From contig CAVXUX010000007.1 in the NCBI GenBank assembly GCA_963765135.1, positions 292,931-356,930 on the forward strand: DNA of 64,000 nt, written 5' to 3'. Under the pieces are notes generated by a model, which was given only the letters and a program-made list of their open reading frames with translations, made no database searches and was not told the DNA's origin. Positions 1 to 7,017 of the stretch are shown here, piece after piece (the first letter of the stretch is position 1; the number at the start of each line of letters is the position of its first letter). A program made the translations under genes and the position numbers. The stretch is from an uncultured Thermoleophilaceae bacterium. GTDB lineage: Bacteria; Actinomycetota; Thermoleophilia; Solirubrobacterales; Thermoleophilaceae.

Positions 1-397
1 GCGCGTGGTCGCCCTCCCGGGCGCGCTGTTCTTCGCGGCCGGGTGCGCGCTGTTCGCGACCCGCATCGGGACGGCGCCCGCCTACGCGAGCGAGTACCTG
101 ATCCCGACGATGCTCACCGGCGCCGGCGTCGGGTTCTCGTTCGCCTCCTGGGGCAGCGCGGCGGTCGCCCAGCTGCCGCCGGCGCGGTTCGCCACCGGCA
201 GTGCGGTGCTCGCCTGCGTCCGCCAGATCGGAGCGGTGCTGGGCATCGCCGCGCTGGTGGCGATGCTCGACGCCGCCGAGGACCCGATGGCGGGGTTCGT
301 CGACGCCTGGACGATGATGGCCGTGACCGGCGGCGTGGTCGCGGCGCTCGCGCTCGCGCTGGGCCGCGTGCGGGCGGCGGCGCCCGCGGTGGCGTGA
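1..397 (+). CDS. C-terminal fragment of a polytopic membrane transporter (MFS-like), truncated by the window edge
   Basis: ORF 5..397 is open to the window start. The translation is a run of hydrophobic helices (LIPTMLTGAGVGFSFASWG, IGAVLGIAALVAML, MMAVTGGVVAALALALG), like the last TM segments of MFS-type permeases. Family call is by eye only. Confidence 0.5.
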   Translation, partial: RVVALPGALFFAAGCALFATRIGTAPAYASEYLIPTMLTGAGVGFSFASWGSAAVAQLPPARFATGSAVLACVRQIGAVLGIAALVAMLDAAEDPMAGFVDAWTMMAVTGGVVAALALALGRVRAAAPAVA

Positions 398-467
398 ACG
401 GGCTCGAGCTGCCGCAGGCGATCGCCGCCGGGAAGACACCTGGGTTAGGCCCGGTACCCTTGCCCCG

Positions 468-1739
468 ATGGCCACCACCGCCCAGTCGGTCGCCGAGGTG
501 TGCGCCGGCGCGCGCCGTGCGTCGCGCGCGCTCGCACAGCTCGACACCACGACCAAGAACGCCGCTCTGGCCGCGATGGCGGACGACCTCGAGCGGCGCG
601 CGCCCGAGATCTTGGAGGCCAACGCTCGCGACATGGAGGCGGGCGAGCAGGCCGAGCTGCACTCGGGCCTGCTGGACCGCCTCCAGCTGACCGAGGAGCG
701 GCTCGCCGGGATCGCCTCGGACGTGCGGGCGATCGCCGCCCTGCCCGACCCGGTCGGGCAGACGATCGAGGGCTTCCGGCTGGCCAACGGGCTCGACGTG
801 CGCCGTGTGCGCGTCCCGCTCGGGGTGGTGGCGGTGGTCTACGAGGCGCGCCCCAACGTGACCGTCGACTGCTCGGCGCTCTGCCTCAAGTCGGGCAACG
901 CGATCGTGCTGCGCGGGTCGTCCACGGCGGCCCACTCCAACACCGTGCTCGCCCAGGTGGCGTCCGAGGCGGCGGCCGGGGCCGGCGTGCCCGAGGGCGC
1001 GATCTCGATCGTCACCGGCGGCGACCGCGACGAGCTGCGCGAGCTCGCCACCCAGGACGGCGTGGTCGACCTGATCATCCCGCGCGGCGGAGAGGGGCTG
1101 AAGAACGCGCTCAAGGAGCACGCGACCGTGCCGGTCATGTACGCGGCGGCGGGCAACTGCCACGTGTACGTCGACGCGAGCGCCGACCTCGACGACGCGC
1201 TGGCGATCGCGATCAACGCCAAGGTGCAGCGGCCGTCGGTGTGCAACGCCGCCGAGACGCTGCTGGTGCACGCCGACGCCGCCGCCGAGTTCCTGCCGCG
1301 CGCGCTGCGCGAGCTGCGCGAGCGCGGGGTCGAGCTGCGGGTGGACGGCCGCACGCGCGCGCTGGCCGGCGACCTGGCCGACTCGCTCGCCGACGCCACC
1401 GAGGAGGACTGGGCGACCGAGTACCACGCGCTGATCCTGGCGGTGAAGACCGTCGACTCCGCCGAGGAGGCGATCGAGCACGTCAATCGCTACGGCTCGG
1501 GGCACTCGGAGGCGATCGTGACGGGGTCGACCGAGTCGGCGCGGGCGTTCACGGCCGGCGTCGACGCGGCGTGCGTGTACGTCAACGCCTCCACGCGCTT
1601 CACCGACGGCGCCGTGTTCGGGATGGGCGCCGAGATCGGCAACTCCACCCAGAAGCTGCACGCGCGCGGGCCGATCGGGCTGCGCGAGCTGACCACCTAC
1701 AAGTTCGTCGCCGAAGGTTCCGGGCAGGTCCGCGAGTAA
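468..1739 (+). CDS. proA: gamma-glutamyl phosphate reductase
   Basis: Intact 423-aa ORF with an ALDH-like core. Segments LGVVAVVYEARPNVTVD, LKSGNAIVLRGSS, RPSVCNAAETLLVH, YGSGHSEAIVT and QKLHARGPIGLRELTTYK are typical of ProA. A TACCCT box lies 7 nt upstream of the ATG. Confidence 0.93.
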   Translation: MATTAQSVAEVCAGARRASRALAQLDTTTKNAALAAMADDLERRAPEILEANARDMEAGEQAELHSGLLDRLQLTEERLAGIASDVRAIAALPDPVGQTIEGFRLANGLDVRRVRVPLGVVAVVYEARPNVTVDCSALCLKSGNAIVLRGSSTAAHSNTVLAQVASEAAAGAGVPEGAISIVTGGDRDELRELATQDGVVDLIIPRGGEGLKNALKEHATVPVMYAAAGNCHVYVDASADLDDALAIAINAKVQRPSVCNAAETLLVHADAAAEFLPRALRELRERGVELRVDGRTRALAGDLADSLADATEEDWATEYHALILAVKTVDSAEEAIEHVNRYGSGHSEAIVTGSTESARAFTAGVDAACVYVNASTRFTDGAVFGMGAEIGNSTQKLHARGPIGLRELTTYKFVAEGSGQVRE

Positions 1740-1744
1740 CCCTC

Positions 1745-2371
1745 TTGCGCGTCGGAATCCTCGGAGGAGCCTTCAACCCGCCGCACATCGGTCACTTGGT
1801 GTGCGCGCAGGAGTCGCTGGTGCAGCTCAAGCTGGACAAGGTCGTGTTCATCCCGGTTGGGGAGGCGCCGCACCGCGACCTCGAGAGCGACCCCGGGGCC
1901 GAGGAGCGGCTCGAGATGGTGGAGCTGGCGATCGCGGACGACGAGCGCTTCGAGACCTCGCGCGTGGAGATCGACCGCGAGGGGCCGTCGTACACGGCCG
2001 ACACGCTGCGCGCCCTGCGCGAGGCGTCGCCGAAGGACGAACTGTTCCTGATCCTCGGCGGCGACCAGGCGGCGGCGCTGGCCAGTTGGCACGAGCCCGA
2101 GCAGGTGCTGGAGCTGGCGACGGTGGCGGTGGTCGAGCGGCTGAGCTGGTCGCGGCAGGCGATCGGGATCAAGATCGGGCAGCTGGCCGGGATGCGGGCG
2201 GTCCGCTATCTGGAGATGCCGATCATGCAGATCTCGTCGAGCGCGATCCGGCGCCGGGCAGGGGCGGGGCAGCCGATCCGCTATCTGGTGCCCGACAAGG
2301 TGGCCGCGTACATCGAGGACCACGGGTTCTACGGCGCGTCCGCGTCGGTCTCGGAGAAGGCGCCGGCGTGA
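1745..2371 (+). CDS. nadD: nicotinate-nucleotide adenylyltransferase
   Basis: TTG at 1745, 5 nt after the proA stop, gives (M)RVGILGGAFNPPHIGH (HxGH nucleotidyltransferase motif) and a C-terminal ISSSAIRRR (ISSTxIR-like). The upstream part of track ORF 500..2371 is out-of-frame read-through of proA. Confidence 0.88.
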   Translation: MRVGILGGAFNPPHIGHLVCAQESLVQLKLDKVVFIPVGEAPHRDLESDPGAEERLEMVELAIADDERFETSRVEIDREGPSYTADTLRALREASPKDELFLILGGDQAAALASWHEPEQVLELATVAVVERLSWSRQAIGIKIGQLAGMRAVRYLEMPIMQISSSAIRRRAGAGQPIRYLVPDKVAAYIEDHGFYGASASVSEKAPA

Positions 2372-2727
2372 GCGCGACGCTCGACTCGACCGCGCTGGCC
2401 GAGCGGATCGCCGAGATCGCGGCCGACCGCAAGGCGATCGACATCCGCGTGGTCGACCTGCGCGGGATCGTGTCGTACACCGACTACTTCGTGATCTGCA
2501 CGGGCAACACGGAGCGCCAGACGAAGGCGATCCACGACGCGATCCACGAGGAGCTCAAGCACGCCGACGACCGCCTGCTGCCACGCCGCAGCGAAGGCGC
2601 CAGGGAATCGCGGTGGATCCTGCTCGACTACCTCGACGTCGTAGCGCACATCTTCACGCCCGAGGCGCGCGAGTACTACCGCCTCGAGCAGCTCTGGGGC
2701 GAAGCGCCGGCGCGCTCGGTGGGCTGA
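2368..2727 (+). CDS. rsfS: ribosome silencing factor RsfS (iojap family)
   Basis: GTG at 2368 overlaps the nadD stop (GTGA). The translation contains DYFVICTGNTERQTKAI and RWILLDYLDVVAHIFTPEAREYYRLEQLW, the hallmark RsfS segments. It sits in the conserved nadD-rsfS position. Confidence 0.88.
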   Translation: MSATLDSTALAERIAEIAADRKAIDIRVVDLRGIVSYTDYFVICTGNTERQTKAIHDAIHEELKHADDRLLPRRSEGARESRWILLDYLDVVAHIFTPEAREYYRLEQLWGEAPARSVG

Positions 2728-2735
2728 GCTACCTC

Positions 2736-2741
2736 TAGAAT
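2736..2741 (+). promoter_or_regulatory. candidate -10 box (TAGAAT) for tRNA-Ala
   Basis: TAGAAT lies 10 nt upstream of the first tRNA nucleotide, inside an AT-richer patch just after the rsfS stop. I saw no convincing -35. Confidence 0.35.
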
Positions 2742-2751
2742 GGCCCCGCCT

Positions 2752-2824
2752 GGGGCTGTAGCTCAGCTGGAAGAGCGACGCGCTGGCAGCGCGTAGGTCA
2801 GGGGTTCGAGTCCCCTCAGCTCCA
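2752..2824 (+). tRNA. tRNA-Ala (anticodon GGC)
   Basis: Hand-folded 73-nt cloverleaf. Acceptor GGGGCTG/CAGCTCC contains the G3:U70 alanine identity pair. D arm is GCTC-AGCTGGAA-GAGC. Anticodon arm is ACGCG-CTGGCAG-CGCGT (anticodon GGC). T arm is AGGGG-TTCGAGT-CCCCT, with discriminator A. CCA is not encoded. Confidence 0.95.
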
Positions 2825-2830
2825 CTGGAA

Positions 2831-2853
2831 GAGCCCCGCCGAAGCGGGGCTCT
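2831..2853. terminator. GC-rich hairpin between tRNA-Ala and the convergent secreted-protein gene (possible bidirectional terminator)
   Basis: GAGCCCCGC-CGAA-GCGGGGCTC is a perfect 9-bp stem, followed by TGCCTTTC on the plus strand. Confidence 0.5.
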
Positions 2854-2885
2854 GCCTTTCCTGCGGGTCCCCCCTCACCAGCCGT

Positions 2886-3353
2886 CTATGAAACGGGCAC
2901 GGTCACCTGATCGGAAACGGCCCCATCCTCGCTGAGCGTGATCGTCGCCGTGGTGAAGGTCACGTCGGTGATCACGGGCGTCCATTGGTCGTTTGGACAC
3001 GTCGGCGTGGCGGGCAGCGGCCCGGGCGCGACCGTCGTCACGGTGTACCTGTACTGGCCGTTCCTCGGTGTCGGGAGCGGGCCAGAAGATCCGGAGGTCG
3101 TCACGCTCGTGTCCTGACCGGGCGCGCGATTGCCACCCGGGTTGATACACACGACGGACGCCGTGCCTTGGGCCGTAACCGTGATCTCGAAGGTCGTGCC
3201 TCCGAGGCCGGCCACCTTGCCACTGCACTGAACCTGCGTCCCGATGTCAGTGCAGGTCTGCGTCTGAACGAAGTGTCCGCTCTGGGCGGATGCAACGCCC
3301 GGGAACGCGAGCGCCGCCACTGTCAGTACGCCAAACAGCAGGTACCGCTTCAT
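2886..3353 (-). CDS. secreted hypothetical protein (155 aa, Thr/Val-rich, 4 Cys in the mature part)
   Basis: The internal ATG at 3353 of track ORF 2886..3581 is preceded by GGAAAGGAG. The N-terminus MKRYLLFGVLTVAALAFPGVASA-QS is a classical Sec signal peptide. The start overlaps the upstream gene's stop (ATGA). Confidence 0.7.
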   Translation of the reverse strand: MKRYLLFGVLTVAALAFPGVASAQSGHFVQTQTCTDIGTQVQCSGKVAGLGGTTFEITVTAQGTASVVCINPGGNRAPGQDTSVTTSGSSGPLPTPRNGQYRYTVTTVAPGPLPATPTCPNDQWTPVITDVTFTTATITLSEDGAVSDQVTVPVS

Positions 3354-3541
3354 GCGGTCTCCTTTCCTACTCTGCAGCCCGGCTCGTTCACCGTCTGTCC
3401 GGGCGGGTGGCACTTGGCCCCACCGTCGTTCGGTCCCTTGCTGCTGTTGCCGGGCCCGAAGTCCGGATCGGCGAAGGCCGGTGCCGCGGAGATGGATAGG
3501 GCGGCCACCGCGAGAATCGAAGCGAGCGCCTTGCGACGCAT
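3350..3541 (-). CDS. small secreted peptide precursor (63 aa; about 39-aa Gly/Pro/Asn-rich mature part with 2 Cys)
   Basis: The ATG at 3541 is preceded by AAGGAGG. The signal peptide is MRRKALASILAVAALSISAAPAFA-DP. The stop overlaps the start of the next gene. I recognise no family. Confidence 0.55.
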   Translation of the reverse strand: MRRKALASILAVAALSISAAPAFADPDFGPGNSSKGPNDGGAKCHPPGQTVNEPGCRVGKETA

Positions 3542-3716
3542 GCGAATACCTCCTTTGGAGGGTTTGCACAGGCTCAGGCATCGAGACCGTGCGTTCGGTT
3601 GCCCACTCAAGGCCACCGATCGCGCGGCCCGCAAGGCGTAGGCGCCGGAAATCCGCAAAATGCGGGCTTTTACGCAGTTGGAAGATGCGTTGAGACGCTG
3701 TTGAAGGTCTGGCTCC

Positions 3717-4436
3717 TCAGCCGGCGGGCGTCCATGGGCGAGGGCGCTTGTATCCGAGCGTGGCCTGAACGCTCGACGGCCGCCACCTCGCACCGCCGCG
3801 AAGGGTGGGCACGCCCTCCTCGTTGAGCCGGTCGGCGATTGCTTGGAGAGTCATGCCGGCCTTCCGCATCCGAACGATGCGACGCCTGAGCTTCAACGGG
3901 ATCGTTTGGGCACCCCCCGCCTTCGAGCGAGCCGCCGCGGTCATCTCTGCGCGGCGGACCCGCTCCCAGTCGCTGACGGTCCTGAGCATGCGCCCGACCG
4001 CGCCACCGATCGGCGTGCCGGTGTCGAAGGGCGGCTCCAGCGATACGAAGCGCGCATCCGCACCCTCGAGCAGCTCCAAGATGCCGCCCAGGTCTGCAAT
4101 CGATGGGCACAGCTGCCTGAGCTCCGCGACAACGAGACACGAAGCCTCGCCGCTGCGCAGTCGCTCGATCGCATTGCTCAGCGCGGGTTGGGCAGGCCCC
4201 CTTCCATGCCCCGCGTCGACGTCGCGCAGCACGGTGAGCAGATCCCATCCCTTGCGGCTGCAGTAGTCGCCAATTGCGTCCGCTTGACCTTGCGCCTCTG
4301 GCTCGGTGATCCGTGCGGGAGCTCGTACGCTCTGATAGCCGAGCGCAAGTACCTTCGTGCCGGGCGCCGCCCCGGATGCGGTTCCTCTGGTGGTGTCGGG
4401 TCCGCGCGCGAGAAGCGCGGGTTCGTTGGCATGCAT
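3717..4436 (-). CDS. serine-recombinase (resolvase/invertase)-like protein with non-canonical catalytic motifs and a C-terminal HTH/recombinase-like tail
   Basis: The start is taken at the second ATG (4436) because AGGAGGAA lies 5 nt upstream. Resolvase-fold landmarks are present: VLALGYQSV..., CLVVAELRQL..., FDTGTPIGGAVGRMLRTVSDWERVRRAEMT. The tail reads RIVRMRKAGMTLQAIADRLNEEGVPTLRGGARWRPSSVQATL. Confidence 0.7.
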   Translation of the reverse strand: MHANEPALLARGPDTTRGTASGAAPGTKVLALGYQSVRAPARITEPEAQGQADAIGDYCSRKGWDLLTVLRDVDAGHGRGPAQPALSNAIERLRSGEASCLVVAELRQLCPSIADLGGILELLEGADARFVSLEPPFDTGTPIGGAVGRMLRTVSDWERVRRAEMTAAARSKAGGAQTIPLKLRRRIVRMRKAGMTLQAIADRLNEEGVPTLRGGARWRPSSVQATLGYKRPRPWTPAG

Positions 4437-4595
4437 CGCGGTTCCTCCTGACGGATGTCTCGCCCGACGCATTTCGCGCGCGGGCGCCGGAGCTGAACCG
4501 CTCGCGCTAGCCGGGCCGCTCGCGCAGGGCGAGGAACACGGTCGTCCGCCACCGCTCTGACACGAGGAGCATCCTGAACCAACGCGGAAGGAAGA

Positions 4596-5993
4596 TCAGA
4601 AGCAGCGCGGCGATGATCCCGAGCGGGCCCGCGCCGCTCGAGCCGACGAGCCTGACGAGCCTGCCGAGCCTGCCGACAGTCCGCTGGCTGCCATGTTTGC
4701 GCGCTTCTCGCGCAGCGGCAGGCCCACGTCATTCGGCGGGCGTGCCGGCCCGCGCAAGCGCGTCGCGTCGACCGCCACGTGGGTTCCCACTTCGGTGCGG
4801 ATGGGGGTGGACTCGACAGCCCTCGCCGCCCTGCCCGCGTGCCCGGCGAGGCTCGAACCGCGAGCCTGCGTCTCGCCGTCCACCGGCAGAGTGGGAGCAA
4901 CGGATGTGGAGGGCGCCACCGGGGGTGGGGAGACGACACTCGTCGAGGGCGCGGGAGGCGAATCTCTATTGGCCGCCGGAGCGGCCGACAGTGTCTGGCC
5001 GGACCTGTCTGAAGAGCTTGCGCGCCGCGCCCGTTGACATCGACTCCTCGGGCATCGACTCCTCGGGCGGCGCGGGGGGAGTCGGGTCACGACGGGCCGG
5101 CGCACCCGGAGTCTGTGAAACGGGGGGCGGAGGAGCGTCCGACGGTGCGCCGTGGGCGTCGTGGTCGGCCGGGACTGCCGGGCTGCCGGGGCCACATCTG
5201 GGTGGCCGTTCGGGGCGGGCACGGCTTGGCTGGGAGCCGGGCGGTGGGCGGCCGGGGGGTTGGTTGGGTCACGACGGGCCGGCGCACCCGGAGTCTGTGA
5301 AACGGGGGGCGAAGGCGCGTCCGACGGTGCGCCGTGGGCGCCGCGGTCGGCCGGGGCTCCCGGGGCTGCCGGGGCCACATCTGGGTGGCTGTTCGGGGCG
5401 GGCACGGCTTGGCCGGGGGCCGGGGGGTGGGCGGCCGGTGGGGGATTGGCGGCCGGGGGATCGGCAGGCCTCGCTGAGCCGCCCTGCGGCTGTTCACCCG
5501 GCGGCGTGCCAGGGCTAGGTGAGTCCCCTGGCGCCTGGCGCTCACTCGGGTGATCTCCGGGAGGCGGGCGAGGGGAGGGAACCGCGTCATCGGCTCTGGG
5601 CTGTGCCGGATTGGCGGAGGGCGGCGGGGCCGCCTCGGGCCGAGCGACGGCCGGCCCTCCGTGGGCCGGTGACACCGCCGGACTGGTGCCGCCTGCGGCC
5701 GGGGTGGCGCCCGCCATACGGATGAGTAGGGCAATCAGTACGAGCAAGCCGACCGCAACCGCGTCCGCCGAACGCGGCCGTCCTCCCTCGGGCGGCTCTT
5801 TGAGGCTCAGGCGCCCACTCCGGCGGGCGTCATTCCAGACGGCGAAGCGTGGCATGTGACCACAGGCGGAACGCCAACTCCCCGTGTCTTCTGGCTTACG
5901 TCGCCGTGCGGCGATCGTCACCCCAATACCTTCCCAAATTGCGGCTCTCTGGAACCGGCGCAGCCGCTGACGGCCGGACGGATGTTCATTCAA
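4596..5993 (-). CDS. proline-rich, repeat-containing membrane-anchored protein (start and reading frame uncertain)
   Basis: 465-aa ORF with alternative start ATG 5855. It has one TM helix (AVAVGLLVLIALLIRMAG) followed by P/A/S-rich low complexity. It contains a 182/183-bp tandem duplication whose two copies are read in different frames, so the C-terminal half is doubtful. Confidence 0.35.
   Translation of the reverse strand: MNEHPSGRQRLRRFQRAAIWEGIGVTIAARRRKPEDTGSWRSACGHMPRFAVWNDARRSGRLSLKEPPEGGRPRSADAVAVGLLVLIALLIRMAGATPAAGGTSPAVSPAHGGPAVARPEAAPPPSANPAQPRADDAVPSPRPPPGDHPSERQAPGDSPSPGTPPGEQPQGGSARPADPPAANPPPAAHPPAPGQAVPAPNSHPDVAPAAPGAPADRGAHGAPSDAPSPPVSQTPGAPARRDPTNPPAAHRPAPSQAVPAPNGHPDVAPAARQSRPTTTPTAHRRTLLRPPFHRLRVRRPVVTRLPPRRPRSRCPRSRCQRARRASSSDRSGQTLSAAPAANRDSPPAPSTSVVSPPPVAPSTSVAPTLPVDGETQARGSSLAGHAGRAARAVESTPIRTEVGTHVAVDATRLRGPARPPNDVGLPLREKRANMAASGLSAGSAGSSGSSARAARARSGSSPRCF
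5086..5449. repeat. tandem direct duplication, two copies of about 182/183 bp
   Basis: Copy A starts at 5086 and copy B at 5268, both with GTCACGACGGGCCGGCGCACCCGGAGTCTGTGAAACGGGGGGCG.... They are near-identical with scattered substitutions and a 1-nt length difference (CCC versus CCCC run, minus-strand sense). Confidence 0.9.
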
Positions 5994-6025
5994 GGACGGT
6001 TCGACGCGACGCCGATCTGGAGCTA

Positions 6026-7006
6026 ATGGGTCGCCTCAGTAGAGCCGTAGGCGTTCTGATCGGGGTAGTGCTGCTTGCCCTGGCGGGCACCGCGGGGGCG
6101 GATGGGGGCAGCGGCAGCCGTCCCGACGTGGCGGCACCTCGGTCTCCGACATCACGGCCTCCGGTGCGGTGCTGAAGGCCACGGTTCATCCCCAGGGACA
6201 GCCGACGGACTACTTCTTCGAGTACGGGATCACCACGGCCTACGGCTCCCAGACCGCGCAGGCGTCGGCCGGCAGCTGGGACTCGGCCAAGCCGGTGACC
6301 GCTGCGGTCACCGGCCTCCAGGCCTCCACCACCTACCACTTCCGCGTGGTGGCCACGAACCAGGGTGGCACCACCCGAGGCCCGGATCGCTCCTTCACGA
6401 CCCTCGCCGCCCCGCCCGGCGACCCGGGCACGCCCGATCCACGGAACTCCATCGCCCGGCGGGCGCCACCCCCGAGCTCGGCTCGACTGTCCTCGTCGCC
6501 CCAGCCACCGGCGATCTGCTCGTGCGCCGCCCGGGAGCTCGGCGTTCGTCCCGCTCGAGCTCGGCTCCGAGCTCCCGATGGGAACCGAGGTCGACGCGAG
6601 GGCCGGCACGATCGCCCTCACCGCCGCGCTCCCGTGCGGCGCCACGCAGACCGGCCAGTTCGGCGGCGGGCGCTTCAAGCTTGCGCCAGGACAAGCGCGG
6701 CTATGTCGACCTCTACCTGCGCGGGCGCTACTGCTCGGCCGCACAGGGCTCCACGATCTCCACCGCGGCCACGGGCTCGCGCCCCGGCCGCCGCCTCTGG
6801 GGCCGCGACCACGGCGGACGCTTCCGCACCCACGGCGCGCAACAGCCACGCCACCGTGCGCGGCACGCGCTGGCTCGTCGACCGACAGCTGCGAGGGCAC
6901 GCTGACGCGCGTGACGAACGGCTCCGTCGTCGTGCGCGACACGGTGCGCGACAAGCGCGTCGTCCTCGACGCCGGCGAGCGCTACCTCGCCCGTCCGCGC
7001 CGCTAG
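6026..7006 (+). pseudogene. secreted Ig/FN3-like repeat protein, reading frame broken at least 5 times (pseudogene or indel-error-laden CDS)
   Basis: GGAG lies 5 nt upstream of ATG 6026. The signal peptide MGRLSRAVGVLIGVVLLALAGTAGA is in frame 5849..6175. The beta-sandwich module SDITASGAVLKATVHPQGQPTDYFFEYGITTAYG...TTYHFRVVATNQGGTTRGPDRSFTT is in frame 6169. Later conserved-looking pieces (FVPLELGSELPMGTEVDARAGTIALT, GYVDLYLRG, RLWGRDHGGRFRTHG, ATVRGTRWLV, CEGTLTRVTNGSVVVRD) are scattered over all three frames. Confidence 0.6.
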
Positions 7007-7017
7007 CGGAGCGTCCC

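Noticed and set aside
2730-2743. 13/14 identity between TACCTCTAGAATGG (upstream of tRNA-Ala) and TACCTCTAGCATGG (49435..49448, upstream of moxR), considered as a shared promoter element
   Set aside because: By my estimate, 13/14 matches between arbitrary positions of a 64-kb window are expected hundreds of times, so the similarity is not significant on its own. I keep only the TAGMAT -10 interpretation.
3599-3826. 75-aa plus-strand ORF in the AT-richer spacer of the islet
   Set aside because: There is no SD or TANNNT box at its start. It overlaps the 3' end of the resolvase-like gene in antisense, and its composition is unremarkable, so there is no support for coding.
5038-5449. Tandem repeats considered as a CRISPR array or minisatellite-type non-coding repeat
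   Set aside because: There are only two long copies with no unique spacers between them, and no palindromic repeat units or cas genes. The repeats lie inside a proline-rich ORF and encode the low-complexity repeats.
5521-5529. 9-nt match (GAGTCCCCT) to the 3' part of tRNA-Ala, considered as a possible att direct repeat bounding the islet
   Set aside because: A 9-mer match is expected by chance about once in a window of this size. It lies inside the proline-rich ORF, and the match does not extend. I found no longer repeat of the tRNA 3' end by eye, so a computational search is still warranted.
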